NCBI GenBank assembly: GCA_963662405.2
Contig: CAXXKT010000001.1
Coordinates: forward strand, 672,001-736,000
DNA length: 64,000 bases
Source of the DNA: Syntrophales bacterium
Lineage (GTDB): Bacteria; Desulfobacterota; Syntrophia; Syntrophales; UBA2210
Reading direction: 5' to 3'
In this document: in pieces, positions 18,460 through 27,532 of the stretch
How the letters are laid out: every line of letters begins with the position of its first letter
Numbering within the stretch: position 1 is the stretch's first letter
Position numbers and translations under genes: made by a program
The notes under the pieces: model-generated
The model's database searches: none
Told to the model about the DNA's origin: nothing
Seen by the model: only the letters and a program-made list of their open reading frames with translations

Positions 18460-19499
18460 TTGTAATTTTTGATCCTCAGCCGCCTTTCATCCGATGGTAC
18501 AAAATGACAGAGAGCGGCTTCACAGAGAAGCAGTGTATATATCAGAACGGTTGGGAAAAAGAAGTCTCGGCTGATCTCGAAGGGATCACCGGTGCCGCCT
18601 ATGTCTTGTATAACGGGGGCGATGAAATCGTCACATCACCGGTCACTATTGATCGGAGTCTTATGGCAACAGTTGAAAAGACTGTTCCCTTGTCACCTGA
18701 GCGTAATAAGATGACCCTTGAGGCAATTCGTTACTGCTATGAACAGATGCCCGGAATTCGGCATACCATTGTCTGTGAAACGGCATTGTATGGTGCCCTC
18801 CCGCCAAAATCCCGAAATTATGCAGTCCCCCTGGAACTCAGAGAGAAGGGAATAAAGCGCTACGGTGGATATGGGCTGGAACATGGATACATGGTGGAAA
18901 AGGTAAAACCGGTATTAGGAGATGCGCATCATAAGGTGATCAGTGTCTTCCTGGGGCCTGAAACCAATGTGACGGCCTTTGAAGATGGCTGTCCATTGGA
19001 GACATCAATCGGTTTTAGTACTGCGGAGGGGATCCCTTCCCTCCATGGTTGCGGTGATACCGACGCCTCGTTTGTCTTTCTGATGCAGGAGGCCGGTTGG
19101 GCACTCAAGGATATCGCCCCGGTTTTTTCTCAAAAAGGTGGACTCTGTGCGTTGATGGGAAAAGAAGATAGTACCTTAGGCGATATCCTCCATGCCGGAG
19201 TAGACACTATCGCCTACAAGGTGCTCCGATATTCCGTAATAAAATATATGGGAAATGCTGTCGCGCAACTGAGAGGGGCTGATGCCTTTCTCATACACGG
19301 CGAGAATCCGATTAAAACGGTGGGGCCGTTTATTCGGGATGTATGCCGGAATTTTGAGTTCATCGGCCTGACCTGTGCAGAGACAGATGAAGAATTGCCG
19401 GGAGGTTTGTTCATTCTTTCCGGGAAAGAATCATCGATAAAGGTGTTGTATGTCCAGTGCGCCAGGCCCGAACTGCTCGGAACATGCGTCAATCAGTAG
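18456..19499 (+). CDS. Degenerate acetate kinase-like protein (catalytic motifs lost)
   Basis: Colinear with AckA but YVLYNGG replaces HRVVHGG, CETALY replaces FDTAFH, KRYGGYGLEH replaces RYGFHGxSH, and FLGPET replaces HLGNG. ATGA overlap with ackA. Confidence 0.75.
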   Translation: MIVIFDPQPPFIRWYKMTESGFTEKQCIYQNGWEKEVSADLEGITGAAYVLYNGGDEIVTSPVTIDRSLMATVEKTVPLSPERNKMTLEAIRYCYEQMPGIRHTIVCETALYGALPPKSRNYAVPLELREKGIKRYGGYGLEHGYMVEKVKPVLGDAHHKVISVFLGPETNVTAFEDGCPLETSIGFSTAEGIPSLHGCGDTDASFVFLMQEAGWALKDIAPVFSQKGGLCALMGKEDSTLGDILHAGVDTIAYKVLRYSVIKYMGNAVAQLRGADAFLIHGENPIKTVGPFIRDVCRNFEFIGLTCAETDEELPGGLFILSGKESSIKVLYVQCARPELLGTCVNQ

Positions 19500-19742
19500 T
19501 GCACCGAGCTTCCCCGCATCCGTTTTTTCGTTCTCCTTCAGCGGGTGGGGGGGCCGATATATAGGCAGATATAACAAGCAGATTCTGTACCTTTGAAGTC
19601 CTGCCTCGCTTGGATCGGGGGGGTATTTACACAACAATCATTCCGGTTGAGGAAATACCCCCCGATCCTTTTTTCCTGTATAGGTGTGTTGCCAGGATGG
19701 AAGCAACATGCGTGGGTACGGCAGGCTCCCCTGTCCTTCCCG

Positions 19743-20189
19743 TTACGCCGGATCCGTTCCGGTCGGCAGGGGTTCATCTCCAAGAACCAGTTCGGGTTGT
19801 CCACGCGAGCGGCGAAGATGATTGATGAATCGGAGCGTGGAACCGCGGGTGACAAGCCACCGTTCGAACCGGAACTTCCCGGGGAAATTCATGAGCGCGA
19901 TCCCGAGCAGGATCGTCAGGATACCCTGGCCGGGAAGCACCAGCAGGGTAATGCCGGACAGGACAAACACGACGCCGAAAAAGTTTTTCACGATCTGGAG
20001 CAACAGCCATATAGCTGGCCGCTCCCGGTGTATCGTGGACAACCCGGGCCGTCTCCGCCCGGAGAAATAATCTTCCGGAATTCGGACCACCACCCACGGA
20101 ACGGCCGCCAGGGCTCCCGCGAACACCACGAGCGAGACCCCCGCTATCCCGAAAAAAAGCATCTCATGGTTCTGAATCCAGCCGAACAT
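19743..20189 (-). CDS. PGPGW-domain small membrane protein
   Basis: IPEDYF..VKNFFG..LLVLPGQGILTILLG..FPGK. Confidence 0.8.
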   Translation of the reverse strand: MFGWIQNHEMLFFGIAGVSLVVFAGALAAVPWVVVRIPEDYFSGRRRPGLSTIHRERPAIWLLLQIVKNFFGVVFVLSGITLLVLPGQGILTILLGIALMNFPGKFRFERWLVTRGSTLRFINHLRRSRGQPELVLGDEPLPTGTDPA

Positions 20190-20600
20190 TTACCCTCTCT
20201 TGCTCATCAGTTCAAAGATAGCGCCCCCCGGCCCTCCCGCGTCGAGATAGGCAAAACGTCCCGGGTCATGGATGAGAAGATTGGCGCCCTCCTCGACCAG
20301 CCGGGCGACTTCCGCGTCGACATCGTCGACGAAAAACCCGAGGTGATGGACCCCTTCGCCCCACTTGTCGATAAATTTCGACTGGAAGATTCGACCTTCC
20401 AGGGACTGCACCAATTCGATTTCCACCGGTCCCACATAGGCGAAGGCCATGCGGATCTTCCAAGGCCGCCCTTTGACATCCGTTCCCCCGTTTTCCTGAA
20501 ACGTCCAGGGACCGATGCCGTAGAGCCGGGACCAGGTCTCGATAGTCGCATCGATGTCGGTGACTGCGTAACTGATGTGATCAATAGATTGAATCTTCAT
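20190..20600 (-). CDS. VOC/glyoxalase family protein (methylmalonyl-CoA epimerase-like)
   Basis: IDHISYAV, EIELVQ, GEGVHHLGF.VDD, FELM; RBS GAGGAGG. Confidence 0.85.
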   Translation of the reverse strand: MKIQSIDHISYAVTDIDATIETWSRLYGIGPWTFQENGGTDVKGRPWKIRMAFAYVGPVEIELVQSLEGRIFQSKFIDKWGEGVHHLGFFVDDVDAEVARLVEEGANLLIHDPGRFAYLDAGGPGGAIFELMSKRG

Positions 20601-20612
20601 AACACCTCCTCT

Positions 20613-20673
20613 TGCTAATATGCTTTTCAGCAGTCGCGGTTTTTTCTGGTCCGCTGTAAAAGTCTTGTTAGGC
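20613..20673 (-). mobile_element. Integron attC-like recombination site (R' degenerate)
   Basis: Minus strand GCCTAAC-AAGAC-TTTTACAGCGG..CTGCTGAAAAG-CAT-ATTAGCA; 61-bp imperfect hairpin whose R'' overlaps the stop codon of the DUF2971 gene. Confidence 0.7.
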
Positions 20674-21486
20674 TATTTTGCTACATTCAATTTCGTATCG
20701 TGTTTTTGAAATAGATATGCCATAAACCTCAGCATCCAGTCCATTTTTATGCACTATGTCTATTACTTCTGATTCTAAATTTGGAGCAGCATGCGCACCA
20801 ATATAAATACTTTTAATGCTGTCTTTGGGAATATCGAACAGATAAATTGGATACCCTGATTCATCTACGTTTGGCGACCTTTTAGTGCGTTCAGTAAAAA
20901 TCCTGAGCACCCTTACTTCTTCTTCATACGCCCAGTCGATTGGTTTTTCACACAACAACTTCTCATAGTAATCAAAGTCTTGCAGGGTAGGAGCGCTACG
21001 TTGCTTGGTATATCTTACTTGGCTTGGGCATGTTCCAAGGCCAAGATATGATTTTTGATAAAAGAATTCATGTGATTCATCGAAACCAATCACAAAACCT
21101 TTGTGGCGATCGGCATAATGAGTCCACATCAATAAATTACTAAATGTTCTTGAAAGAGAAAGTATACCGATCCTTTTATTTAACCAATCCATCAGTTCAC
21201 GTCCCACATTTGATGAGGACATTTTTTCAAGGAGATGAGATTTTAATGATCGAACTTCTTCATCCAATATTTTACAGTTCTCTGATGTTTTTTCTTCACC
21301 TACCGTGTTTTCACACAAATCAAATCTGTAACGTTCTATTTGATCCATTAAATCACTAATACTAGAACTCATGTCTATCAAAGGTGACCCCTCAAAAGGA
21401 TCATTTAATGCTCTAGGCTGGGAAAATCGAATCTCTAAATTCTTCAGAACTTGGACTCTATTTGGAGGTAAGTATTTATAAAACAT
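20668..21486 (-). CDS. DUF2971 domain protein (gene-cassette cargo)
   Basis: YKY..LNDPFE, LSLS...NLLMWTHYADRHKGFVIGFD, K...WAYEEEVR, IYIG. Markedly AT-rich relative to flanks. Confidence 0.85.
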   Translation of the reverse strand: MFYKYLPPNRVQVLKNLEIRFSQPRALNDPFEGSPLIDMSSSISDLMDQIERYRFDLCENTVGEEKTSENCKILDEEVRSLKSHLLEKMSSSNVGRELMDWLNKRIGILSLSRTFSNLLMWTHYADRHKGFVIGFDESHEFFYQKSYLGLGTCPSQVRYTKQRSAPTLQDFDYYEKLLCEKPIDWAYEEEVRVLRIFTERTKRSPNVDESGYPIYLFDIPKDSIKSIYIGAHAAPNLESEVIDIVHKNGLDAEVYGISISKTRYEIECSKIA

Positions 21487-21501
21487 GAGTTATCTTTATT
21501 G

Positions 21502-21508
21502 ACCTAAC
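21502..21508 (-). mobile_element. GTTRRRY core (crossover) site at the cassette 5' boundary
   Basis: Minus strand GTTAGGT, 15 bp before the ATG; complementary to R'' GCCTAAC with one G-T pair. Confidence 0.65.
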
Positions 21509-21575
21509 AACCATCGTTTATCTGGATCCTGACAAAAACCCCAACACGGCAAACTTGCCGAATGAAACTCCTCAC

Positions 21576-21617
21576 AAAAAACAAAAAGCCCATTTCTCAT
21601 CGTGAGAACAGGGCTTT
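21576..21617 (-). terminator. Rho-independent terminator
   Basis: Minus strand AAAGCCCTGTTCTCA-CGA-TGAGAAATGGGCTTTTTGTTTTTT. Confidence 0.65.
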
Positions 21618-22182
21618 CGGCAATCCGATCATAATCTCCCCCCTTGGACTACGATTAAGGGAATATACATGAGACATGGTTAATGAAGCAACGATACCGA
21701 TCTCTTAGCGTCATCATCGTATCCTGTCAAGAAATATTGCCGGCAACATGATGGATGTACGAGGCTCTCCGGAGATGTCGATGGAGACACCCGTGGTGCG
21801 CGCCGGGTCGCTGGCATTGTTTGTATTGGATAAGGATATTCCCGCTCAGATACACTGTATTCGGATCCCTGGAAACGGAACGTTCGCGATGCCCCCGAGG
21901 AGCCCCGGCAGGTTCAATCGGGGAAAGTGATCTGCATATCAGCCGAAAACCTTTTGAATTTGTTTTTAAAATTCGCGTTTACCTGCAGCCGTTTGTATGA
22001 TGTTGTTTCTCTCCGAGGCCGTTGCACGGAGATTGGTCAAATATCTGGTAGCATTCAAACGAAAATCATGATAGGCGCTACAGGGTAAAATGAACGGGGG
22101 TCATTCTTTCTTGAGTTGCCGGAGACAATAGGTATTTCGGTGCCTTTAACCATCAAAACATAGTATTAGGAGGAGGTAAAGT

Positions 22183-24057
22183 ATGTCAGTGAACACATTG
22201 GTTGATTCTCGTGATGTCCGCTTTGTTCTCTTCGAGCTGTTGGAAATGGAAAAGTTGAATCGGTATGAGTGCTTCCAGGATTTCGACCGCTCCGTTTACG
22301 AAGACACCCTGGAACTTGCGGAAAAGATTGCCGTCGAGCAATTCTATCCGTCCAACGTCGACGGAGACCAGATAGGGCTCAAGTACGATGCCAAGGAGCA
22401 CACCGTCACCGTACCCGAATCGTTTCACAAGGGATTCCAAGCGTATGTCGAAGCCGGCTTCCACATCCTGGCATTTCCTCAGGATGTCGGTGGAGTGGGT
22501 ATCCCCACCACGATCTCCATGGCGGCCGCGGAGTATTTTAACGCGGGGAACACGGCGCTGACCATGTACGGAGGTTCGATCACCGGCGCCATGGCCCTTA
22601 TCCTGAATTTCGGGTCCGACGAGCTGAAGGAGATGTTTCTCCCCAAGATGTTCGAGGGGACCTGGGGCGGCACCATGTGTCTGACCGAGCCGAGCGCCGG
22701 CTCCGACGTGGGCGCACTCAAGAGCAAGGCGGTCAAGCAGGCCGACGGCACCTATCTCATTACCGGCCAGAAGATCTTCATCAGCAACGGCGAGTCCGAT
22801 CTGACCGAGAACATCATCCATCCTGTCCTGGCCAGGATCGAGGGTGATCCTCCGGGGACAAAGGGGATCTCTATCTTCATCGTTCCGAAGTACCTGGTCA
22901 ATCCGGACGGCTCCCTGGGCGAGCGCAACGACATGTACTGCGCCGGCGTCGAGCACAAGATGGGGCTCAAGGGAAACGCCACCTCGTCGCTGGCCTTCGG
23001 CGAAGAGGGCAAGTGTGTCGGCTACCTCCTGGGTGAGGAGCGTCAGGGGATGCCGATCATGTTTCAGCTCATGAATTCGGCCCGCATCCACACGGGCGTT
23101 CAGGCCGAGGCTTGTTCCAGCGCCGGCTACATGCACGCCGTCACCTACGCCCGCAACAGGGTCCAGAGCGTTCATATCACCCAATCCATGAATAAGGCCG
23201 CCCCGCCTGTCAACATCATCGAGCACCCCGACGTCAAGCGGATGCTGCTGTACATGAAGAGCACCGTCGAGGGAATGCGGATGCTCTGCCTCTTCCTCGC
23301 CTATCACGAGGACGTCATGCACGCCTCGAAGGACCCCGAGGAGGTGAAGGCGGCGAAGGGGATCGTCGAGATCCTGACCCCCATCGTGAAGGCGGGCATA
23401 TCCGACGAGGCCTGGCTGGTCACGTCCGAGGCAATCCAGGTGTATGGCGGTTACGGGTACTGCAGTGAATACCCGGTCGAGCAGTACGCCCGCGACGTCA
23501 AGGTCCTCTCCGTCTATGAGGGTACGAACGCCATTCAGTCCCTCGACCTCCAGATGCGCAAGATCCTCATGAACCCCGAGATGTACAACTACGGGCAGCT
23601 CAGGAAGTGGATGAACGGGACAATCGACAAGGCCAAGGGTGTGGTGGACGAGAAGTACATCTCCCCCGTCGTCAAGGGGCTCGCGAAGCTCGACGAGATC
23701 ATTGAGATGATGAAGGGACAGCTGGGTGAAGGCAAGATCTTGGCCCTGGTCCTCAACGCCACGCCGTTCCAGCAGGCCATGTTCCCCCTCGTCCTGGCCT
23801 GGCTGCACCTGTGGAGTCTCACGATCACGACCCCCAAGGCGAAGGAACTCCTGGGCGACGCAAAGGGCGAGGAGCGCCAGAAGAAGATCGCGGAAGACGC
23901 CGAGGCGGCGTACTACAGCGGCAGGATGCTCTCGTCGCAGTTCTACATCGGCGCGGAATTCCCCAAATTCTTCGGCCGGGTGGAATGCATTATGAACAAC
24001 GAAGGGGCGGCCCTGAAGGTCGATTCGGCGAACTTCACCGGAGCGCCTCTGGAATAG
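22183..24057 (+). CDS. Acyl-CoA dehydrogenase (long ~600-aa type)
   Basis: GTMCLTEPSAGSDVG, GQKIFIS, EHKMG, AIQVYGGYGY, YEGTNAIQ; RBS AGGAGG. Confidence 0.95.
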   Translation: MSVNTLVDSRDVRFVLFELLEMEKLNRYECFQDFDRSVYEDTLELAEKIAVEQFYPSNVDGDQIGLKYDAKEHTVTVPESFHKGFQAYVEAGFHILAFPQDVGGVGIPTTISMAAAEYFNAGNTALTMYGGSITGAMALILNFGSDELKEMFLPKMFEGTWGGTMCLTEPSAGSDVGALKSKAVKQADGTYLITGQKIFISNGESDLTENIIHPVLARIEGDPPGTKGISIFIVPKYLVNPDGSLGERNDMYCAGVEHKMGLKGNATSSLAFGEEGKCVGYLLGEERQGMPIMFQLMNSARIHTGVQAEACSSAGYMHAVTYARNRVQSVHITQSMNKAAPPVNIIEHPDVKRMLLYMKSTVEGMRMLCLFLAYHEDVMHASKDPEEVKAAKGIVEILTPIVKAGISDEAWLVTSEAIQVYGGYGYCSEYPVEQYARDVKVLSVYEGTNAIQSLDLQMRKILMNPEMYNYGQLRKWMNGTIDKAKGVVDEKYISPVVKGLAKLDEIIEMMKGQLGEGKILALVLNATPFQQAMFPLVLAWLHLWSLTITTPKAKELLGDAKGEERQKKIAEDAEAAYYSGRMLSSQFYIGAEFPKFFGRVECIMNNEGAALKVDSANFTGAPLE

Positions 24058-24082
24058 ACACACTTTCAACATCAAAGCTCAC

Positions 24083-24116
24083 ATGGCCTCACGTCCTCTC
24101 GGCGTGGGGCCATTTT
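24083..24116 (+). terminator. Rho-independent terminator
   Basis: ATGGCCTCACG..CGTGGGGCCATTTT. Confidence 0.6.
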
Positions 24117-24394
24117 ATGATGAGTGGGGAAATCTCGCCGTTTTTGATTCGGGATACGATATCGTGATCCTTGCGTGGTTCAAAAAAATCCGGTGGCACG
24201 GAGTGCCGGGCTGTTACCTTCACTTCTGCCCGGATACACTGGGGCAGAAATGATAAGCCCAAACAGATCTTTTTGCTAGAAAACATTTCTTGCATACTAA
24301 AGAGAATATTGTTAGTAGCTCTGGGGTTACTTTCGAGAAAGGGCATAGCAGCGGTGAAGGTAGCACAATAAAGAAAAGCGTGAAAGGATAAATT

Positions 24395-25576
24395 ATGAGA
24401 GAAGTAGTGATTGTGAGCGGAGCAAGAACGGCCATTGGGGATTATTTAGGATCGCTTTCGAGTCTTAATGCGGTGCAATTGGGCATTATTGCGCTCAATG
24501 GCGCGCTGGAAAAGGTGGGGGTTGATAAAAACCTGATTCAGGAACTGATCTGCGGCCATGTCAACCAGGCCGGTGCACCGGGAAACACCGCGCGCCACAT
24601 TGCAATGAACGTAGAATTGCCGGTGGAATCATTTGCCTTTACCGTGCATCAGCAGTGTGCCTCGTCGATGCGCGGCGCCGAGCTGCTGGCGCAGGAGATT
24701 ATGCTGGGCAAGGTCGATGCCGGCGCGGTTGTCGGTGTGGAGAGCATGAGCAGCGCCCCCTATCTGCTCTTCGGCGCCCGCAAGGGATATCGCCTCAATG
24801 ACGGCGAGCAGATCAAGGACAGTCTGATGATCGGCGGTCTGGTGGATGAGCTCCTCGGGTATCATATGGGGATCACGGCGGACAACATCGCCGATAAATA
24901 CAACATCTCCCGTCAGGAGCAGGACGAATGGGCACTGATGAGCCATCAGCGCGCCTGCGCCGCCATCGAAAAGGGCTGGTTCAAGGACGAAATCATCCCG
25001 GTCGAGATCAAGACCAAGAAGGGCACGACCATCTTCGATACGGATGAGCACCCCCGGGCCGACACGAACATGGAGGCGCTGAGCAAGCTCAGACCCGTCT
25101 TCAAAAAAGACGGCACGGTCACGGCCGGCAACGCATCCGGCCTGAATGACGCCGGTTCCTGCCTGATTCTGATGGCCGCCGAAAAGGCGAAAGAACTGGG
25201 ACTCACCCCCATTGCAAAAGTCGTCGCGTCGGCTCCCGGTTCGGTCGAGCCCCGCGTCATGGGGTTGGGCGTCGTTCCGGCGGTACAGAACGCCCTGAAA
25301 TTCGCCGACATGAAACTGGAAGACATCGATTACTTCGAGTTGAACGAGGCCTTTGCCGCGCAGGTAATCGGCTGCAACCGCGAGTTCAAGCTTGATGTTG
25401 AGAAGATCAACGCGGTCGGTTCCGGCATCAGCATGGGGCACCCCGTCGGCGCGACCGGTGCCCGCCTGATCGTGACCATGATGAACGAATTGAAACGGCA
25501 AGGCAAGAAATTCGGTTGTGCCTCTCTGTGCGCCAGCGGCGGACCGGGCCACGCGTTTATTATAGAAATGCTGTAA
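24395..25576 (+). CDS. Thiolase (acetyl-CoA C-acyltransferase)
   Basis: QQCASS, TAGNASGLND, NEAFAAQ, GHPVGATG, LCASGG. Confidence 0.95.
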   Translation: MREVVIVSGARTAIGDYLGSLSSLNAVQLGIIALNGALEKVGVDKNLIQELICGHVNQAGAPGNTARHIAMNVELPVESFAFTVHQQCASSMRGAELLAQEIMLGKVDAGAVVGVESMSSAPYLLFGARKGYRLNDGEQIKDSLMIGGLVDELLGYHMGITADNIADKYNISRQEQDEWALMSHQRACAAIEKGWFKDEIIPVEIKTKKGTTIFDTDEHPRADTNMEALSKLRPVFKKDGTVTAGNASGLNDAGSCLILMAAEKAKELGLTPIAKVVASAPGSVEPRVMGLGVVPAVQNALKFADMKLEDIDYFELNEAFAAQVIGCNREFKLDVEKINAVGSGISMGHPVGATGARLIVTMMNELKRQGKKFGCASLCASGGPGHAFIIEML

Positions 25577-25579
25577 TAC

Positions 25580-25623
25580 ATCGTTTGGGTCGGGCCAATA
25601 TCTCTTGGCCCGACCCAAACGAT
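25580..25623. terminator. Perfect 19-bp inverted repeat between convergent genes, likely bidirectional terminator
   Basis: ATCGTTTGGGTCGGGCCAA-TATCTC-TTGGCCCGACCCAAACGAT. Confidence 0.7.
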
Positions 25624-25688
25624 TTCCTTGTTTCCTCCTCGAATTCCTTATCGAAGAAGATCTGATCCAGAATGGCAAGAGAGGGAAA

Positions 25689-26222
25689 TTACATCCTCCC
25701 TTGGCGACCCTTTTCCAACCTGGCCCGCAGCCACTGTCTTTCGATTTCCTTGTATATGTTAACCAACGATTCAGGGGGGTTCAGTTCCCCCTCTCTCAGT
25801 GAATCAAGAAACAGAATGCCGTACCGATTATTGTTTCGCCGGCGGACAAGTCCCATGAGCGTCGAGACTTTCTCGTTTAATCGAAGTTCTATGCTGAGTG
25901 TGGTATCTATCGGTAAGTCTATCACCGCTGATGGGGAAAGCTCGATCAGAATCCCTACCAGGCTGATATCCACAGGGGTTGCCGACCTGGTTTTCCCCTT
26001 CAGTGTAAATCGAACCATAAGACCGGCCGAGCGGGGAACAGCGACTCGAAATGCCCTCCGTCGTTCAGTCGCATCCTGATTCAGCAAGCTCAGGAAATCG
26101 ATAAGCTCATCTATTGCGCTGGTTGGCAGAGTAATCGGTGCATCCGGTTTATCTTCACGCAGGAAAGTTACAGCATTGTTCTCCCAAAAGACCTTGATGT
26201 TTTTTATCGTAATCTCCGGCAT
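25689..26222 (-). CDS. PilZ domain protein (c-di-GMP effector)
   Basis: ERRRAFRV (RxxxR) and DISLVG (DxSxxG) motifs; YGILF. Confidence 0.8.
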   Translation of the reverse strand: MPEITIKNIKVFWENNAVTFLREDKPDAPITLPTSAIDELIDFLSLLNQDATERRRAFRVAVPRSAGLMVRFTLKGKTRSATPVDISLVGILIELSPSAVIDLPIDTTLSIELRLNEKVSTLMGLVRRRNNNRYGILFLDSLREGELNPPESLVNIYKEIERQWLRARLEKGRQGRM

Positions 26223-26767
26223 CGGTTCCCCCTCCCGATATCAGATAGTTACCCCTGTCTTGCTTTACCTCAAAACCGGAAAGACTCCCCCTGTGAGACT
26301 TTTATATCTGATTCTGAAATGCAAAAAAAGGTCTTGGGTAGCAGGTGGGGTTTTATAACAAACACATCGGTTTGTTTGGTGAAATCTTTAGCGGTGACAA
26401 TTTATTGTTGCTCCAACAGAAAGAGAGGTTTTGAGACAGACGAAAATGGCTGGGAAAGCTTTTCATGTCCAAAAGAGGCGTAGGCCACGGGCCTGAAGAG
26501 TAGACATCACACCCCCGCCGCTTTTCACAAAATCGTGGAGAGTGCCATATACAATGTGGATGGGGAAAATACTCCTCATCTGCCATCTAGCGCCAGTGAC
26601 CGTCGATCCATCGTCCTTTGGATCCGCAATGTCCCGGAACCCACACGGCCCCCGGCTTGGGGGGTCTGATATAGCACGAGGTTGCTAAAAACGCGGGCAT
26701 GACCGCGAAGCACACGAAAAAGGCGATCCTTGATTTTCTGAACATTCTATTCTCCTTGATACATGGT

Positions 26768-27460
26768 TTACATTGCGCCGGACCTTACAACCCCGAGTCG
26801 TAACATCAGCAGGCCCCCTTTGGAGATTGACAGTCCTTTACCCACAGGCAGTGGTCCTTCCATGCCCTTGAGGAGGACGGAGAGATCGTATGTCCCGGGG
26901 GGGACCGCAAAGACCTTCCAGAGAGGGTAGTTGTTGTCCCATCTCCTCCGCACCTGCAGAGCGGGTGTCTCGCCTCCGGCCGGAACGAGATTCCAACCCT
27001 GGACATTGACATCCTTCCCCGTCGGTTTCTGCAGTCCGATACCTGAATCGATCGTGACAATGGATTCCCTGCCCGTTTCTATCGTGATGTCGTGTGCGAC
27101 AGCAGTGGGGCCAGGGCTTCTCGAATAGGCAAAAGAGAGCGAGTACGCACCCAGGGGGAGAGGTTTTGGTTTGAAGAGATAGCAACCATTCCCGTGGTGG
27201 TGGAGGGTCAAGAGGGGATCAGGTGCCCCCTTTCGGTAGACATTGACGGCGTCGACGGGTATTCCCTTCAGCGAGTCAGCGACATTGAAAGTCATAACCC
27301 CCAGTTCTAATGTGGCGGTTTCTCCCCCCGTAACAGTGACAGTCCCGAAGGATACCTCTGTGGATTCCTGGTAATTGGGATTGGCGAATGCCGCGACGAT
27401 CTCGTAATCTCCGGCGAGGAGGGGATGCGTCGAATCCCACGACACAAGAGGTCCACGCAC
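26768..27460 (-). CDS. Hypothetical beta-rich protein, possibly a 5'-truncated remnant of an exported protein
   Basis: Repeated (P)G.Y strands (AGDYEI, LGAYSL, PGTYDL); no clear start or RBS. Confidence 0.4.
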   Translation of the reverse strand: MRGPLVSWDSTHPLLAGDYEIVAAFANPNYQESTEVSFGTVTVTGGETATLELGVMTFNVADSLKGIPVDAVNVYRKGAPDPLLTLHHHGNGCYLFKPKPLPLGAYSLSFAYSRSPGPTAVAHDITIETGRESIVTIDSGIGLQKPTGKDVNVQGWNLVPAGGETPALQVRRRWDNNYPLWKVFAVPPGTYDLSVLLKGMEGPLPVGKGLSISKGGLLMLRLGVVRSGAM

Positions 27461-27532
27461 AACACGCGTTCCTTGGTATCATTTCCGAATACGTTCTGGT
27501 TTCTCGGAGATATAACGGCGTTGACCGGCGGA

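Noticed and set aside
19743..20600. VOC and PGPGW genes as further integron cassettes
   Set aside because: Host-like GC, the two genes abut, and no attC hairpin follows either.
21618..21665. FMN or other riboswitch
   Set aside because: Only a slight resemblance to the FMN 3' end; conserved aptamer core motifs not found.
22186..24075. 629-aa antisense ORF; similar long shadow ORFs at 24629-25678, 30863-32608, 36037-38112, 39598-41391, 42488-43750 and 47408-48964
   Set aside because: They lie opposite well-supported genes and are expected from GC-rich codon bias; no recognisable motifs.
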